64,000 nucleotides of DNA, taken from the NCBI GenBank assembly GCA_964650385.1, contig CAZYTP010000002.1, forward strand, positions 5,302 to 69,301, in the 5' to 3' direction. This DNA is from an uncultured Syntrophales bacterium (GTDB taxonomy: Bacteria > Desulfobacterota > Syntrophia > Syntrophales > JADFWA01). Shown piece by piece: positions 26,837 to 35,217 of the stretch (within the stretch, counting starts at the first letter, position 1; every line of letters begins with the position of its first letter). Made by a program: the position numbers and the translations under genes. A model generated the notes under the pieces. The model was given only the letters and a program-made list of their open reading frames with translations, ran no database searches and was not told where the DNA came from.

Positions 26837-27169
26837 ATGAGATCGCTGGATGTAAATCAGATTATTTTACAAACAAATGCTGTAGAGCGTGTTCAGCAGG
26901 TTCAGCAACAGCATCCGGACGTTCAGCAGCGTTACTTTAAAGATCAGTTAAGAAAAGAGGAAAAGGAGTTAAAGGAAAAAGTCAAAGATACTCACGAAGC
27001 TGAGAATTCCATTATTGATGAAAAAGACAGACGAAACCGTCAGGAAGGTCGTTCCGAGGGGAAAAAGGGGCAAGAAAGCAAGGAAGATGCGGACAATAAA
27101 GATACGGATAATGAAAATCATATGTCTCTTGTTGACGAGTGTGGAGGAACTGTCGATATAAAGGTGTGA
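26837..27169 (+). CDS. Hypothetical highly charged protein
   Basis: 110 aa. Q-rich N-terminus (VERVQQVQQQHPDVQQRYF), then a K/E/D-rich low-complexity tail. I recognise no family. Confidence 0.4.
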   Translation: MRSLDVNQIILQTNAVERVQQVQQQHPDVQQRYFKDQLRKEEKELKEKVKDTHEAENSIIDEKDRRNRQEGRSEGKKGQESKEDADNKDTDNENHMSLVDECGGTVDIKV

Positions 27170-27170
27170 T

Positions 27171-27647
27171 GTGGATATAGAAACATTACTGAGATTTCAA
27201 GTTCTTGCCGATGTCGCGTTGTTTCTTGTCATAGTGTTGCTCTGCATTGTTGTGACGAGGGAGAACAGAAAAAGATCACATGGGCTGAATCAGGATTCTT
27301 TTGAAGAGTTTAAAAAATTGATTGAGGGTTCTCAAAAGTCTGCCGAATATTTGTCGCAGGCGATTAGCGAGGGTAGAAACTCCCTGAAGGAACTTTCGTA
27401 TACGTTGGATGAAAAAGAAAGAAGGTTGCGAAGGCTGGTCGAAGATTCAGAAATAATACAGGAGAAGGCCGAGGGGGAAAAGATTCGAACGGGGGAAAGA
27501 GCCGATCTCAGTAAAACGCATGATTCTGCCGTACGAATGGCGCAGCAGGGTTTTTCGGATAAGGACATAGCCGATACGCTGGGTGTGCCGGAAGGAGAAA
27601 TCAATCTTATCCTTGATCTGGATCGTAAAAAAATTGAGAATGGTTAA
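27171..27647 (+). CDS. Membrane-anchored protein with C-terminal HTH-like motif (resembles DUF2802-type flagellar-locus proteins)
   Basis: 158 aa. N-terminal TM (VLADVALFLVIVLLCIVV), coiled coil, then a C-terminal MAQQGFSDKDIADTLGVPEGEINLILDL helix-turn-helix-like segment. The family assignment is from memory only. GTG start. Confidence 0.4.
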   Translation: MDIETLLRFQVLADVALFLVIVLLCIVVTRENRKRSHGLNQDSFEEFKKLIEGSQKSAEYLSQAISEGRNSLKELSYTLDEKERRLRRLVEDSEIIQEKAEGEKIRTGERADLSKTHDSAVRMAQQGFSDKDIADTLGVPEGEINLILDLDRKKIENG

Positions 27648-28786
27648 TGCCGTCAATACCACCAATTATAATCTCACCTGATAGATCCGATAATTTATTC
27701 CGGATTCAAACCAAAGGAAATATGCTGCCTCCCCTCTCGGTAGGGGAAATCGTCAAAGCGGAAGTTATCGAGCAATTCGGTGACAGAAATGTCCTTATTT
27801 TGCTGAAGGGCAAAAGGATTACTGCAGATTCGGCTTTGATGCACAATAAAGGCGAGCGTGTGAAGGCTCGTGTTGAACAGATACAGCCTCGTGTTATTCT
27901 TCGTATTGTGGGAAACCAGACATCACCTTCTTCGGTAATAAGGGAGAATATCGGCTTTTATCGTTTGAATCCAACGGGATTGATTGATTTTTTTAATGAG
28001 GTGAACCGGATATTCAGCCAGAAAGATCTTGGAAATCTGTTTTCTCTCCTGGGAAAAGAAAATATGACGACTATCCTGAAAATGGTTCAGTCTTTGACTC
28101 TGTCACAATCGACATTAAACACCGGTTTTTTCAAAGATTATATCTATAATCTCGGTTACCTGATGGAGAAGGAATTGGGCGAAGCCCTTACCAGGAAGTT
28201 TGGCAAGGCTTCGGCGGTAAAAAAGGCTTCTCACAATCTGAAGGGACTTTTATTGGCGTTGAAAAACAAGCTCCATGGATTGACAACAGATAAAAAACAT
28301 CACGGGGTAGAGAAGCTTTTGCGGTTTATCGATTTATCCGTGAAGTCAATCGAAGCACATCAGGTCTCCAACGTTGTGCTTCAGGAGCGTGACAATGTAT
28401 ATCTTTTTAACATTCCGATGCTTTCCCCTGACGGAATGGGCCTCGCGGAGATTTTTCTGAAATTTGATGGTAAAGATGCAAAAGGAAGCGGCCAAAAAAA
28501 AACCTGCAAGATGGTATGTATGTTTACGATGGATGCCCTCGGTGACATTATTGTCGAAACAACGATTGAAGAGCCTAAATTGAAATGTGACATATATTGC
28601 CAAGATCAAACAATATGTGATTTTATAATACCGTTTTTAGCGGAAATAAAGGAAAGGCTCGATGCAATAGGCTATGAAGCAAGTTATGTTACGTGTGTGA
28701 TAGGTAAGGATATGGAGAAAATGAAAAAAGGATACAGGAAATTGCCGTATCTCCATGATCAGGAAGGTGTGAATGTGGTTGTTTGA
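27647..28786 (+). CDS. FliK-like protein (second hook-length-control-type paralogue)
   Basis: 379 aa. The C-terminal part MGLAEIFLKFDG...CMFTMDALGDIIVETTIEEPKLKCDIYCQDQTICDFIIPFLAEIKERLDAIGYE has the pattern of a FliK C-terminal (Flg_hook) domain. It is translationally coupled to the FlhB-C-only gene. Confidence 0.45.
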   Translation: MPSIPPIIISPDRSDNLFRIQTKGNMLPPLSVGEIVKAEVIEQFGDRNVLILLKGKRITADSALMHNKGERVKARVEQIQPRVILRIVGNQTSPSSVIRENIGFYRLNPTGLIDFFNEVNRIFSQKDLGNLFSLLGKENMTTILKMVQSLTLSQSTLNTGFFKDYIYNLGYLMEKELGEALTRKFGKASAVKKASHNLKGLLLALKNKLHGLTTDKKHHGVEKLLRFIDLSVKSIEAHQVSNVVLQERDNVYLFNIPMLSPDGMGLAEIFLKFDGKDAKGSGQKKTCKMVCMFTMDALGDIIVETTIEEPKLKCDIYCQDQTICDFIIPFLAEIKERLDAIGYEASYVTCVIGKDMEKMKKGYRKLPYLHDQEGVNVVV

Positions 28787-29076
28787 AAATGAACACGGAT
28801 GAAAAGAAATTACAAATTGCTGCTTCAATAAAATATGACAGCAAAACAGATGTAGCACCAATAGTTACCGCAAAAGGACGTGGGTATATTGCGGAGAAAA
28901 TCATAGAAATAGCGAAAAAGCATAACATCCCGATAAAAGAGGATCCCGCCCTTGTTCAGATCTTAAGCCAGCTTGATATCGACGAACACATACCGCCCGA
29001 ACTCTATAAAGCTGTCGCTGAAATTCTTGCCTTTGTTTACTCCCTCAACGAACGCTACCGACAGAAAATTTCATAA
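28783..29076 (+). CDS. FlhB C-terminal-domain-only protein (FlhX/YlqH-like)
   Basis: 97 aa. KKLQIAASIKYDSKTDVAPIVTAKGRGYIAEKIIEIAKKHNIPIKEDPALVQILSQLDIDEHIPPELYKAVAEILAFVYS aligns with residues after NPTH of the FlhB in this window ([77 protein letters not shown]). There is no NPTH motif and no TM region. Confidence 0.85.
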   Translation: MKMNTDEKKLQIAASIKYDSKTDVAPIVTAKGRGYIAEKIIEIAKKHNIPIKEDPALVQILSQLDIDEHIPPELYKAVAEILAFVYSLNERYRQKIS

Positions 29077-29447
29077 TAGGTCAGGTGGTGGGAAAATTTT
29101 TCCCGGGAAACGAAACTGCCTGCTGAATTTTGACACTCTTCTATTAGGTAAGCGACAATGCAAAACACGTAAACAGGTTTTTTATCCCTGCTTTCAGTCG
29201 TAAGAAGTTAGGGGATACCGGAGCCAGGTGTTGGGTCTTCGATTATCCAATATTCCGATTAATCGTTACACCGGTATTCTACCTGCACAGTAGTTATAAC
29301 GTCCCTGAATATTGCATTATTTTGTGTTTCCCTGGCAGTTGTATCAGAACGTGGAAGTGAAGTGTCCGTTTGAGAGGTTAGCTGTCATGCATAATGCCTG
29401 TATGCTGCCGCATCAGGAATTTTCAGGCGTCATTGAATCCCCTGCTA

Positions 29448-29463
29448 TGGCATGTAATTTGCT
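29448..29463 (+). promoter_or_regulatory. Sigma-54 (-24/-12) promoter upstream of flgF-flgG-flgA-flgH-flgI-flgJ
   Basis: TGGCATGTAATTTGCT has GG-N10-GC spacing and lies 37 nt upstream of the flgF ATG (29500). Confidence 0.65.
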
Positions 29464-29499
29464 TTATAAGTTCATAAAAAGTTATTGGGTGTTGTGCTT

Positions 29500-30204
29500 A
29501 TGATCTACGGAATATCAACAATGGCTAAAGAATCTATAAAACATATTTATCAGCTTGAAGCTGTGACGCATAATATTGCAAATGTTAATACCCCTGGATT
29601 TAAAGCAGAGAAAGTGCTTTTCCCTGAAGGGACGTCATTGAATAGATCAAATGATGAAAAGCCGTTGAGTGTTATTGATTATTCGCCCGGACCGATCCAA
29701 AAGACAGGAAATGTATTTGACGTGGCAGTCGGAGGAGAAGGATTTTTTGTTATAGAGACAGCGAACGGCGAGGCATATTCGAGAGACGGAAGGTTTACAT
29801 TGAATGAGAGAGGGGAGCTCGTTACTCACAGTGGAGATTATGTCCTCGGAAAGTCAGGTAAAATTGTAATCTCGGGAGATGATGTTCGAATCGATGAAAA
29901 TGGATCAGTCAAGGCTGATGGTAATGAAGCAGGTGTATTAAAGATAGTTGAATTGGATAAACCGGAAGTGCTGAAAAGCGCTGGAAAGGGTCTTCTGTGT
30001 GATCTCAAGAAAGAAGCGGGTCCCATGATTGTGGAAAAGCCAAAGGTTTATTCGGAACATCTGGAAATGTCCAATGTGCAGGCAATCAAAGAGATGGTGA
30101 ATATGATTAGTATTCATCGTTCTTTCGAAACGTATCAAAAGACCATGCAGATATTACAGGAACAGGACAAACTGTCAACGAATCGAATAGGGAAGCTCGT
30201 CTAA
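29500..30204 (+). CDS. flgF: Flagellar basal-body rod protein FlgF (proximal rod, FlgG paralogue)
   Basis: Start at ATG 29500 (MIYGISTMAKESIKHIYQLEAVTHNIANVNTPGFK) places NIAN at residues 25-28, as in E. coli FlgF. The C-terminus LEMSNVQAIKEMVNMISIHRSFETYQKTMQ is a rod signature. The ORF-track TTG 29485 would overlap the promoter/TSS. Confidence 0.8.
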   Translation: MIYGISTMAKESIKHIYQLEAVTHNIANVNTPGFKAEKVLFPEGTSLNRSNDEKPLSVIDYSPGPIQKTGNVFDVAVGGEGFFVIETANGEAYSRDGRFTLNERGELVTHSGDYVLGKSGKIVISGDDVRIDENGSVKADGNEAGVLKIVELDKPEVLKSAGKGLLCDLKKEAGPMIVEKPKVYSEHLEMSNVQAIKEMVNMISIHRSFETYQKTMQILQEQDKLSTNRIGKLV

Positions 30205-30229
30205 TTTACAAGATATAGGGAGGGTTCTA

Positions 30230-31012
30230 ATGATGAGGGCATTGTGGACGGCTGCTACCGGAATGGAAGCGCAGCAAATTAATCAGGATGTTATCGCCAA
30301 CAACCTGGCGAACATCAATACGGTCGGTTTCAAAAAATCGAGGGCGGATTTTCAAGATCTTATGTATCAAATTTACACAAAAACCGGTTCGGAGACATCT
30401 GAGGGGAATAAATTGCCAGTAGGTTTGGAAGTAGGCATGGGAGTAAGACCCGTGGCAACTCAGAAAATGTTTAGCCAGGGAGATTATCAGCAGACAGACA
30501 ATGATTTCGATTGGGCCATTGAAGGGAATGGCTTCTTCCAGATAGACCTTGGTGACCGTACGGCGTATACAAGGGCGGGGAGTTTTCGAATCGACAAGGA
30601 AGGGTATGTCTGTGACTCACAGGGACAAAAGGTTACCCCGAATATTTCGGTACCACAGGAAACGGTTAATTTTACTATTGATAAGGGTGGTACATGGACT
30701 GCGGCTGATAGTACAGGTACGTCACTGGGAACCGGCAGGATTGAACTGGCAAAATTCGTAAATCCGGCAGGACTGACGAGTCTGGGAAGAGGACTTTATG
30801 AAGCGACGGATGGGTCGGGTGATGCAATTACAGGAAACCCGGGCGAAAGTGGCTTGGGTAGCATATCACAGCGTTTCATTGAGATGTCAAATGTTAACGT
30901 GGTGGATGAGATGGTAAAAATGATAGTCGGTCAAAGGGCATACGAGATTAATTCCAAGGCGATTCAGACGATTGATTCCATGTTACAGACGGTCAATAAT
31001 CTCAAGAGGTAA
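30230..31012 (+). CDS. flgG: Flagellar distal rod protein FlgG
   Basis: 260 aa. MMRALWTAATGMEAQQINQDVIANNLANINTVGFKKSRADFQDLMYQ and the C-terminus IEMSNVNVVDEMVKMIVGQRAYEINSKAIQT closely match the FlgG consensus. Confidence 0.95.
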   Translation: MMRALWTAATGMEAQQINQDVIANNLANINTVGFKKSRADFQDLMYQIYTKTGSETSEGNKLPVGLEVGMGVRPVATQKMFSQGDYQQTDNDFDWAIEGNGFFQIDLGDRTAYTRAGSFRIDKEGYVCDSQGQKVTPNISVPQETVNFTIDKGGTWTAADSTGTSLGTGRIELAKFVNPAGLTSLGRGLYEATDGSGDAITGNPGESGLGSISQRFIEMSNVNVVDEMVKMIVGQRAYEINSKAIQTIDSMLQTVNNLKR

Positions 31013-31015
31013 AAA

Positions 31016-31756
31016 ATGAGAGTACGGAAAGAGTTCATTTTAAAATATTGTTTGGGCGTTATCTGTATGGTGGTCACACTGCTGATTGTGAACCAGTCGT
31101 TACATGCGTCTCAGGTGACGCATATAAGTGAGAAAAAAATCAAAAAGATTGTGGCTGATCATATAAGACAAAATATATCCATGCCGGACAGTTCTGTTCG
31201 TATCGAATTTTTCTCCGGGATATCAGATTTGACTATTCCAGGCAAGAACGTCACCTGGCGGGTTAGACATGACAGAAATGAAGATTTTATCGGTTATGCC
31301 ACGGTCACGATCAGATTTTATCAAGGCGATGTTTTTTTGAAAGAGAAGTCTGTAAGGGCGAAGGTGGAGGTATTTAAAGATGTCGTGGTTGCTTCACGGT
31401 TCCTCACGAGAAAATCCACTATCGGTTCAGATGACGTCAAGGCAATAAAAAAATGGTGTAATCAAACACATCCTAACAGCGTTGCACATTTATCGGAAGT
31501 TTTGGGAAAAACGCTGAATGTAAAAGTAAGGCAAGATACCGAAATAACCAGAACTATGTTGCGCGTACGGTTGCCGGTAAAGCGTGGCAAGCTTGTGCGT
31601 ATAGTCCTCGAAAGGGGTCCGCTTATGATAACGACGATCGGTATGTCTCAGCAGGATGGAAAATTGGGAGAGCTTGTCAAGGTAAAAAACCTGTCGTCTA
31701 AACAAACCGTCTACGCGAAGGTCACGGGTGACTCTCTTGTCAGCGTCGAGTATTGA
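31016..31756 (+). CDS. flgA: P-ring assembly chaperone FlgA
   Basis: 246 aa. Signal-like N-terminus, SAF-like region (ASRFLTRKSTIGSDDV), and C-terminus GKLGELVKVKNLSSKQTVYAKVTGDSLVSVEY, typical of FlgA. Confidence 0.8.
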   Translation: MRVRKEFILKYCLGVICMVVTLLIVNQSLHASQVTHISEKKIKKIVADHIRQNISMPDSSVRIEFFSGISDLTIPGKNVTWRVRHDRNEDFIGYATVTIRFYQGDVFLKEKSVRAKVEVFKDVVVASRFLTRKSTIGSDDVKAIKKWCNQTHPNSVAHLSEVLGKTLNVKVRQDTEITRTMLRVRLPVKRGKLVRIVLERGPLMITTIGMSQQDGKLGELVKVKNLSSKQTVYAKVTGDSLVSVEY

Positions 31757-31765
31757 CGTTGGGAA

Positions 31766-32557
31766 ATGGGATTGGAAAAAATTATCATGGAAAATCTACG
31801 TTGCGGAAAAATTCAAAATAAATCGCACCGATCCGGCCCAGGCGTTTCACCGGCTTTGCCGAAGCTAATTGGAACGGTGAGTTATGCAGTAATTTTTTCT
31901 CTCTTAATTATTGTAACGGGATGCTCATCACTTATTAAAACGGTAAAGAAAGAACAACCTGCTCCACCCCGCATAACATCAGAAAAAGCCCCCGCTCCCG
32001 GATCAATCTGGCCGGGGGAAAGGGCCACGAACATGCTTTTCGCGGACAGGAAGGCAAGATATTTAAATGATATAATTACAATCATAATTGAGGAACTCTC
32101 AAGCGGTGAGAACAAGGCAAATACAACGACAAGCAGAGATACAACCACAACTGCAGGGATAACAGGTCTTTTTGGGCTTGAGCAAAGGGCGCTGGAGCAG
32201 AATAGAAGGATGGGTACCTCATTTGGCGTAGGCGGCACATCCGCCAATTCCCTGAAGGGCGATGGAAATACGAAACGTGACGGAAAATTAACGGGCAAGA
32301 TTACGGCACTGGTAATGGATGTAATGGAAAATGGCAACCTTGTTATTGAAGGGAAACAGCAGGTTACCGTGAATGCAGAAGATCAGTATATAGTTATTTC
32401 CGGCATTGTCAGACCTGAAGACATTACTTCGGAAAACACTGTATCATCACAGTATATAGCCGACGCAAAGATTATATATACTGGTGATGGTGTGGTTAAT
32501 GACAAGATGAGACCCGGTTGGGTTACACGATTTGTTGACTGGGCATGGCCGTTTTAA
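31766..32557 (+). CDS. flgH: L-ring lipoprotein FlgH
   Basis: Lipobox LLIIVTGCSS. GSIWPGERATNMLFADRKARYLNDIITIIIEE and NLVIEGKQQVTVNAEDQYIVISGIVRPEDI are FlgH signatures. Confidence 0.9.
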   Translation: MGLEKIIMENLRCGKIQNKSHRSGPGVSPALPKLIGTVSYAVIFSLLIIVTGCSSLIKTVKKEQPAPPRITSEKAPAPGSIWPGERATNMLFADRKARYLNDIITIIIEELSSGENKANTTTSRDTTTTAGITGLFGLEQRALEQNRRMGTSFGVGGTSANSLKGDGNTKRDGKLTGKITALVMDVMENGNLVIEGKQQVTVNAEDQYIVISGIVRPEDITSENTVSSQYIADAKIIYTGDGVVNDKMRPGWVTRFVDWAWPF

Positions 32558-32637
32558 TGATTCAGATTACAGGTTACGAATTATGTCATTTGTAAAGCAG
32601 ATATGTCAGTCCTGGATTTAAGGGGAGTAAATACAAA

Positions 32638-33819
32638 ATGAAATCGAAATCTTCAAGCTGCAGCATTCTAAAATACACCGCTATTTTTTTCCTGATCGGT
32701 CTTATGTCCTTGTCTAACGCCTATGCAGCACGGATAAAGGACATTGCGAGTATAGGCGGTGTCAGGGATAACCAGCTAAGTGGATATGGATTAATTGTCG
32801 GTTTGAGCGGTACAGGTGACACCATATCTAACGGTTTTACCAGTCAGACCCTTGCGAATCTCTTGACCAGGCAAGGCCTTTCAATGAAAGATAAGACTCT
32901 TAAAGCCAAGAATGTGGCAGCTGTAATGGTAACCGCGAAACTTCCTCCATTTGCCAAAAAAGGAATGCGAATCGACGCTGCGGTGGCTTCTCTCGGGGAT
33001 TCGACAAGTTTACTTGGCGGTACTCTTTTAATGACACCACTTCGTGGTGCCGACAATAAAATTTATGCCGTTGTCCAGGGTCCTGTAACAATCGGTGGTT
33101 TTTCGGCGGGAGGAGGCGGTACCGGAATTACAAAAAATATCACGACAGCGGGGCGTATCATAAACGGAGCGCTTATCGAAAAGGAATTGCATTACGATTT
33201 TGCTCAAAAGAGGGAATTTACCATCAATCTTGACCGTCCCGACTTTACAACGTGCAGGGGATTAGCTGCCACGCTCAGCAGAAAAATTCCTGATGTGAAC
33301 GCAAGGATCATCGATTCGAATACCGTTGCCGTTTCAATGAAGGAGTCTTACAAGGGTAGTATAGTGAGTCTGGTTTCAGATATTGAGAATATCGATATTC
33401 CTGTTGATTCGGTGGCCATGGTTGTAATGAATGAAAAGACGGGAACGGTCGTTATGGGAAGCAGGGTAAGAATCTCCACAGTAGCAGTCGCACACGGTAA
33501 TTTGAGTATTCGGATAAAAGAGACTCAAAACGTGTCGCAGCCACTTCCGTTTGCGCCTTCGCCACTGTCCGGTAGTGTTCCGACCGAGATTGAGGGTGGC
33601 ACGACAATAGCTCCAGGAGGGCAGACAGTTGTGACAACGGATCAATCTGTTGGAGTTACCGAAGAAAAGAGGAAATTAATGATTGTACCTCAAGGGATAT
33701 CAATTCAGGAAGTAGTGAATGCCCTGAATGCGATAGGCGTTTCACCGAGAGATCTCATCACCATTTTGCAGACAATCAAGGCTGCTGGTGCACTTCAGGC
33801 AGATCTAAGGATACTATAA
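32638..33819 (+). CDS. flgI: P-ring protein FlgI
   Basis: Signal peptide, then ARIKDIASIGGVRDNQLSGYGLIVGLSGTGD. The C-terminus ISIQEVVNALNAIGVSPRDLITILQTIKAAGALQADLRIL matches. Confidence 0.95.
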   Translation: MKSKSSSCSILKYTAIFFLIGLMSLSNAYAARIKDIASIGGVRDNQLSGYGLIVGLSGTGDTISNGFTSQTLANLLTRQGLSMKDKTLKAKNVAAVMVTAKLPPFAKKGMRIDAAVASLGDSTSLLGGTLLMTPLRGADNKIYAVVQGPVTIGGFSAGGGGTGITKNITTAGRIINGALIEKELHYDFAQKREFTINLDRPDFTTCRGLAATLSRKIPDVNARIIDSNTVAVSMKESYKGSIVSLVSDIENIDIPVDSVAMVVMNEKTGTVVMGSRVRISTVAVAHGNLSIRIKETQNVSQPLPFAPSPLSGSVPTEIEGGTTIAPGGQTVVTTDQSVGVTEEKRKLMIVPQGISIQEVVNALNAIGVSPRDLITILQTIKAAGALQADLRIL

Positions 33820-33837
33820 TTAAGGTAATTATTTACA

Positions 33838-34182
33838 ATGAATAAGAATATTAATCTGAATTCAGTGGTAACCAAAGAATGTGTCATAAATAAGAATAAT
33901 GTCGAAAAAAATATACAGAGCAAAGAAAGGAGGAAAGAACGGCTCGGCAAGGCATGTGCTGATTTTGAATCAATGTTTGTATTTCAATTATTGCAAACCA
34001 TGAAGAAGACAATCCCCAAGGGAGGTCTTTTCTCAGACAAGAGTTCATGGGGAAGCACCTATATGTTGATGTTTGATCAAAAGGTAGCGGAAGATCTTGC
34101 CAACAGAGGGGGCGGCATCGGTCTTCAAAAGGTCCTTTTCCAACAACTCGCTAACTCACTAAAATTGACTGGCAAAGATTAA
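33838..34182 (+). CDS. flgJ: FlgJ-like rod-binding protein (no muramidase domain)
   Basis: 114 aa. ACADFESMFVFQLLQTMKKT...MLMFDQKVAEDLANRGGGIGLQKVLFQQL is the rod-binding domain only. Confidence 0.8.
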   Translation: MNKNINLNSVVTKECVINKNNVEKNIQSKERRKERLGKACADFESMFVFQLLQTMKKTIPKGGLFSDKSSWGSTYMLMFDQKVAEDLANRGGGIGLQKVLFQQLANSLKLTGKD

Positions 34183-34207
34183 AGTTTTATCCTATAATTG
34201 CCGATAA
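34180..34207 (+). promoter_or_regulatory. Sigma-28 promoter upstream of flgM
   Basis: TAAAGTTT...GCCGATAA (TAAA-N16-GCCGATAA) lies 36 nt upstream of the flgM ATG. It overlaps the spurious 5' part of ORF-track 34198. Confidence 0.75.
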
Positions 34208-34242
34208 CAAGTAAAACAGTAGAGAAAAAGGAGATATTATTG

Positions 34243-34560
34243 ATGAAGGTTTTCGATTCGAGAAATCCAGCCGAAGATATTGTTCGGATGTATCAGATAA
34301 ATGGCAAGACCAATACAGAATCTGACAAGCCAGTCAATAGTGCAAATGCATCCACGATGGCTCCCGAGGAAAAGGTCAGCCTTTCCTCTAAAGTCCAGGA
34401 TGTGCAAAAAATAAAAGAAGCTGTTCAGGAACTCCCCGATATTCGAGAAGAAAAGGTGGAAACCCTGAAGAATCAGATTAAACAGGGAACGTATGATATA
34501 AACGCAGAAGAAATCGCCCAAAAGATGGTCGGTGAATCACTGTTAGATATCATGGTTTAA
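34243..34560 (+). CDS. flgM: Anti-sigma-28 factor FlgM
   Basis: Start at ATG 34243 after AAAGGAG. The 105-aa protein has the C-terminus IREEKVETLKNQIKQGTYDINAEEIAQKMV, typical of FlgM. Confidence 0.8.
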   Translation: MKVFDSRNPAEDIVRMYQINGKTNTESDKPVNSANASTMAPEEKVSLSSKVQDVQKIKEAVQELPDIREEKVETLKNQIKQGTYDINAEEIAQKMVGESLLDIMV

Positions 34561-34655
34561 CGTTCTAATGTTTCTCGTCTTATTCCCCCTCTGTTGAATA
34601 TAAATCAAAATTCAGGATTTCAAAGAATGTCCAATGCAAGGGAGGGGTGTGTCAA

Positions 34656-35210
34656 ATGCCAGAGAAGGTCGAAAATAATGTTCAGCATGGAGAGATAGAA
34701 AACAAAATTCTCTCCACCTATAGTTCTCTCATTCTTACACTCAGGGAGGAGATTAATCTTTTTAATGAACTTCGGAACCTGCTTCTGTCCGAACGTGAAA
34801 AGCTGGTCAGGTGTTCGGTGGAAGAATTGAATAAAAACAATGAAACGAAAGAACGTCTGATTAGAAAGGCCGGAAAGTTTAATAAAACAAGGATGAATTT
34901 GGTCAGCAAGATCGTCAAGTTGAGCGGTATGAATGATGACGTTAAGTCGCTTTCCTCGCTCATTTTATACGCGGACGAGGATCACAAAATGGAATTGATA
35001 GAATGCCAGTCCCTTTTGCATCCACTTATGAACACACTTGTTGAACTTAATGAAGGCAACAAAGAATTGTTGGATTCATCCATTTACTATACACAAAAAT
35101 CATTAGATTTTTTAAGGGAACTTACGTCTCCTTCATCAACATATATGGAAACTGGGGGATTGAGGGCGGACAACGATACAAACGGGCAGCTTATTAGCCA
35201 GGTAGGGTAG
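34656..35210 (+). CDS. flgN: FlgN-like export chaperone
   Basis: About 184 aa, all-helical (LILTLREEINLFNELRNLLLSEREKLVRCSVEELNKNNETKERL). It lies between flgM and flgK. ATG 34656 follows GGAGGGG. Confidence 0.55.
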   Translation: MPEKVENNVQHGEIENKILSTYSSLILTLREEINLFNELRNLLLSEREKLVRCSVEELNKNNETKERLIRKAGKFNKTRMNLVSKIVKLSGMNDDVKSLSSLILYADEDHKMELIECQSLLHPLMNTLVELNEGNKELLDSSIYYTQKSLDFLRELTSPSSTYMETGGLRADNDTNGQLISQVG

Positions 35211-35217
35211 GTGATAT

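Noticed and set aside
28973-29503. Small ORFs 28973..29203 and 29312..29503 in the 400-nt gap before flgF.
   Set aside because: The first overlaps the FlhB-C-only gene out of frame. The second runs across the sigma-54 promoter and into flgF. Neither has an RBS or recognisable sequence.
229-32337. Other long antisense ORFs within + strand flagellar genes (229..732, 6254..6715, 15771..16238, 20776..21339, 24159..24590, 31882..32337).
   Set aside because: Each is fully nested opposite a confidently identified flagellar gene and shows no independent coding evidence.
33587-33602. Sigma-54-like TGGCACGACAATAGCT inside flgI.
   Set aside because: The GG-N10-GC spacing is right, but the -12 reads TAGC and the site is 235 nt inside coding sequence upstream of flgJ. 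A chance match cannot be distinguished without PWM scoring or TSS data.
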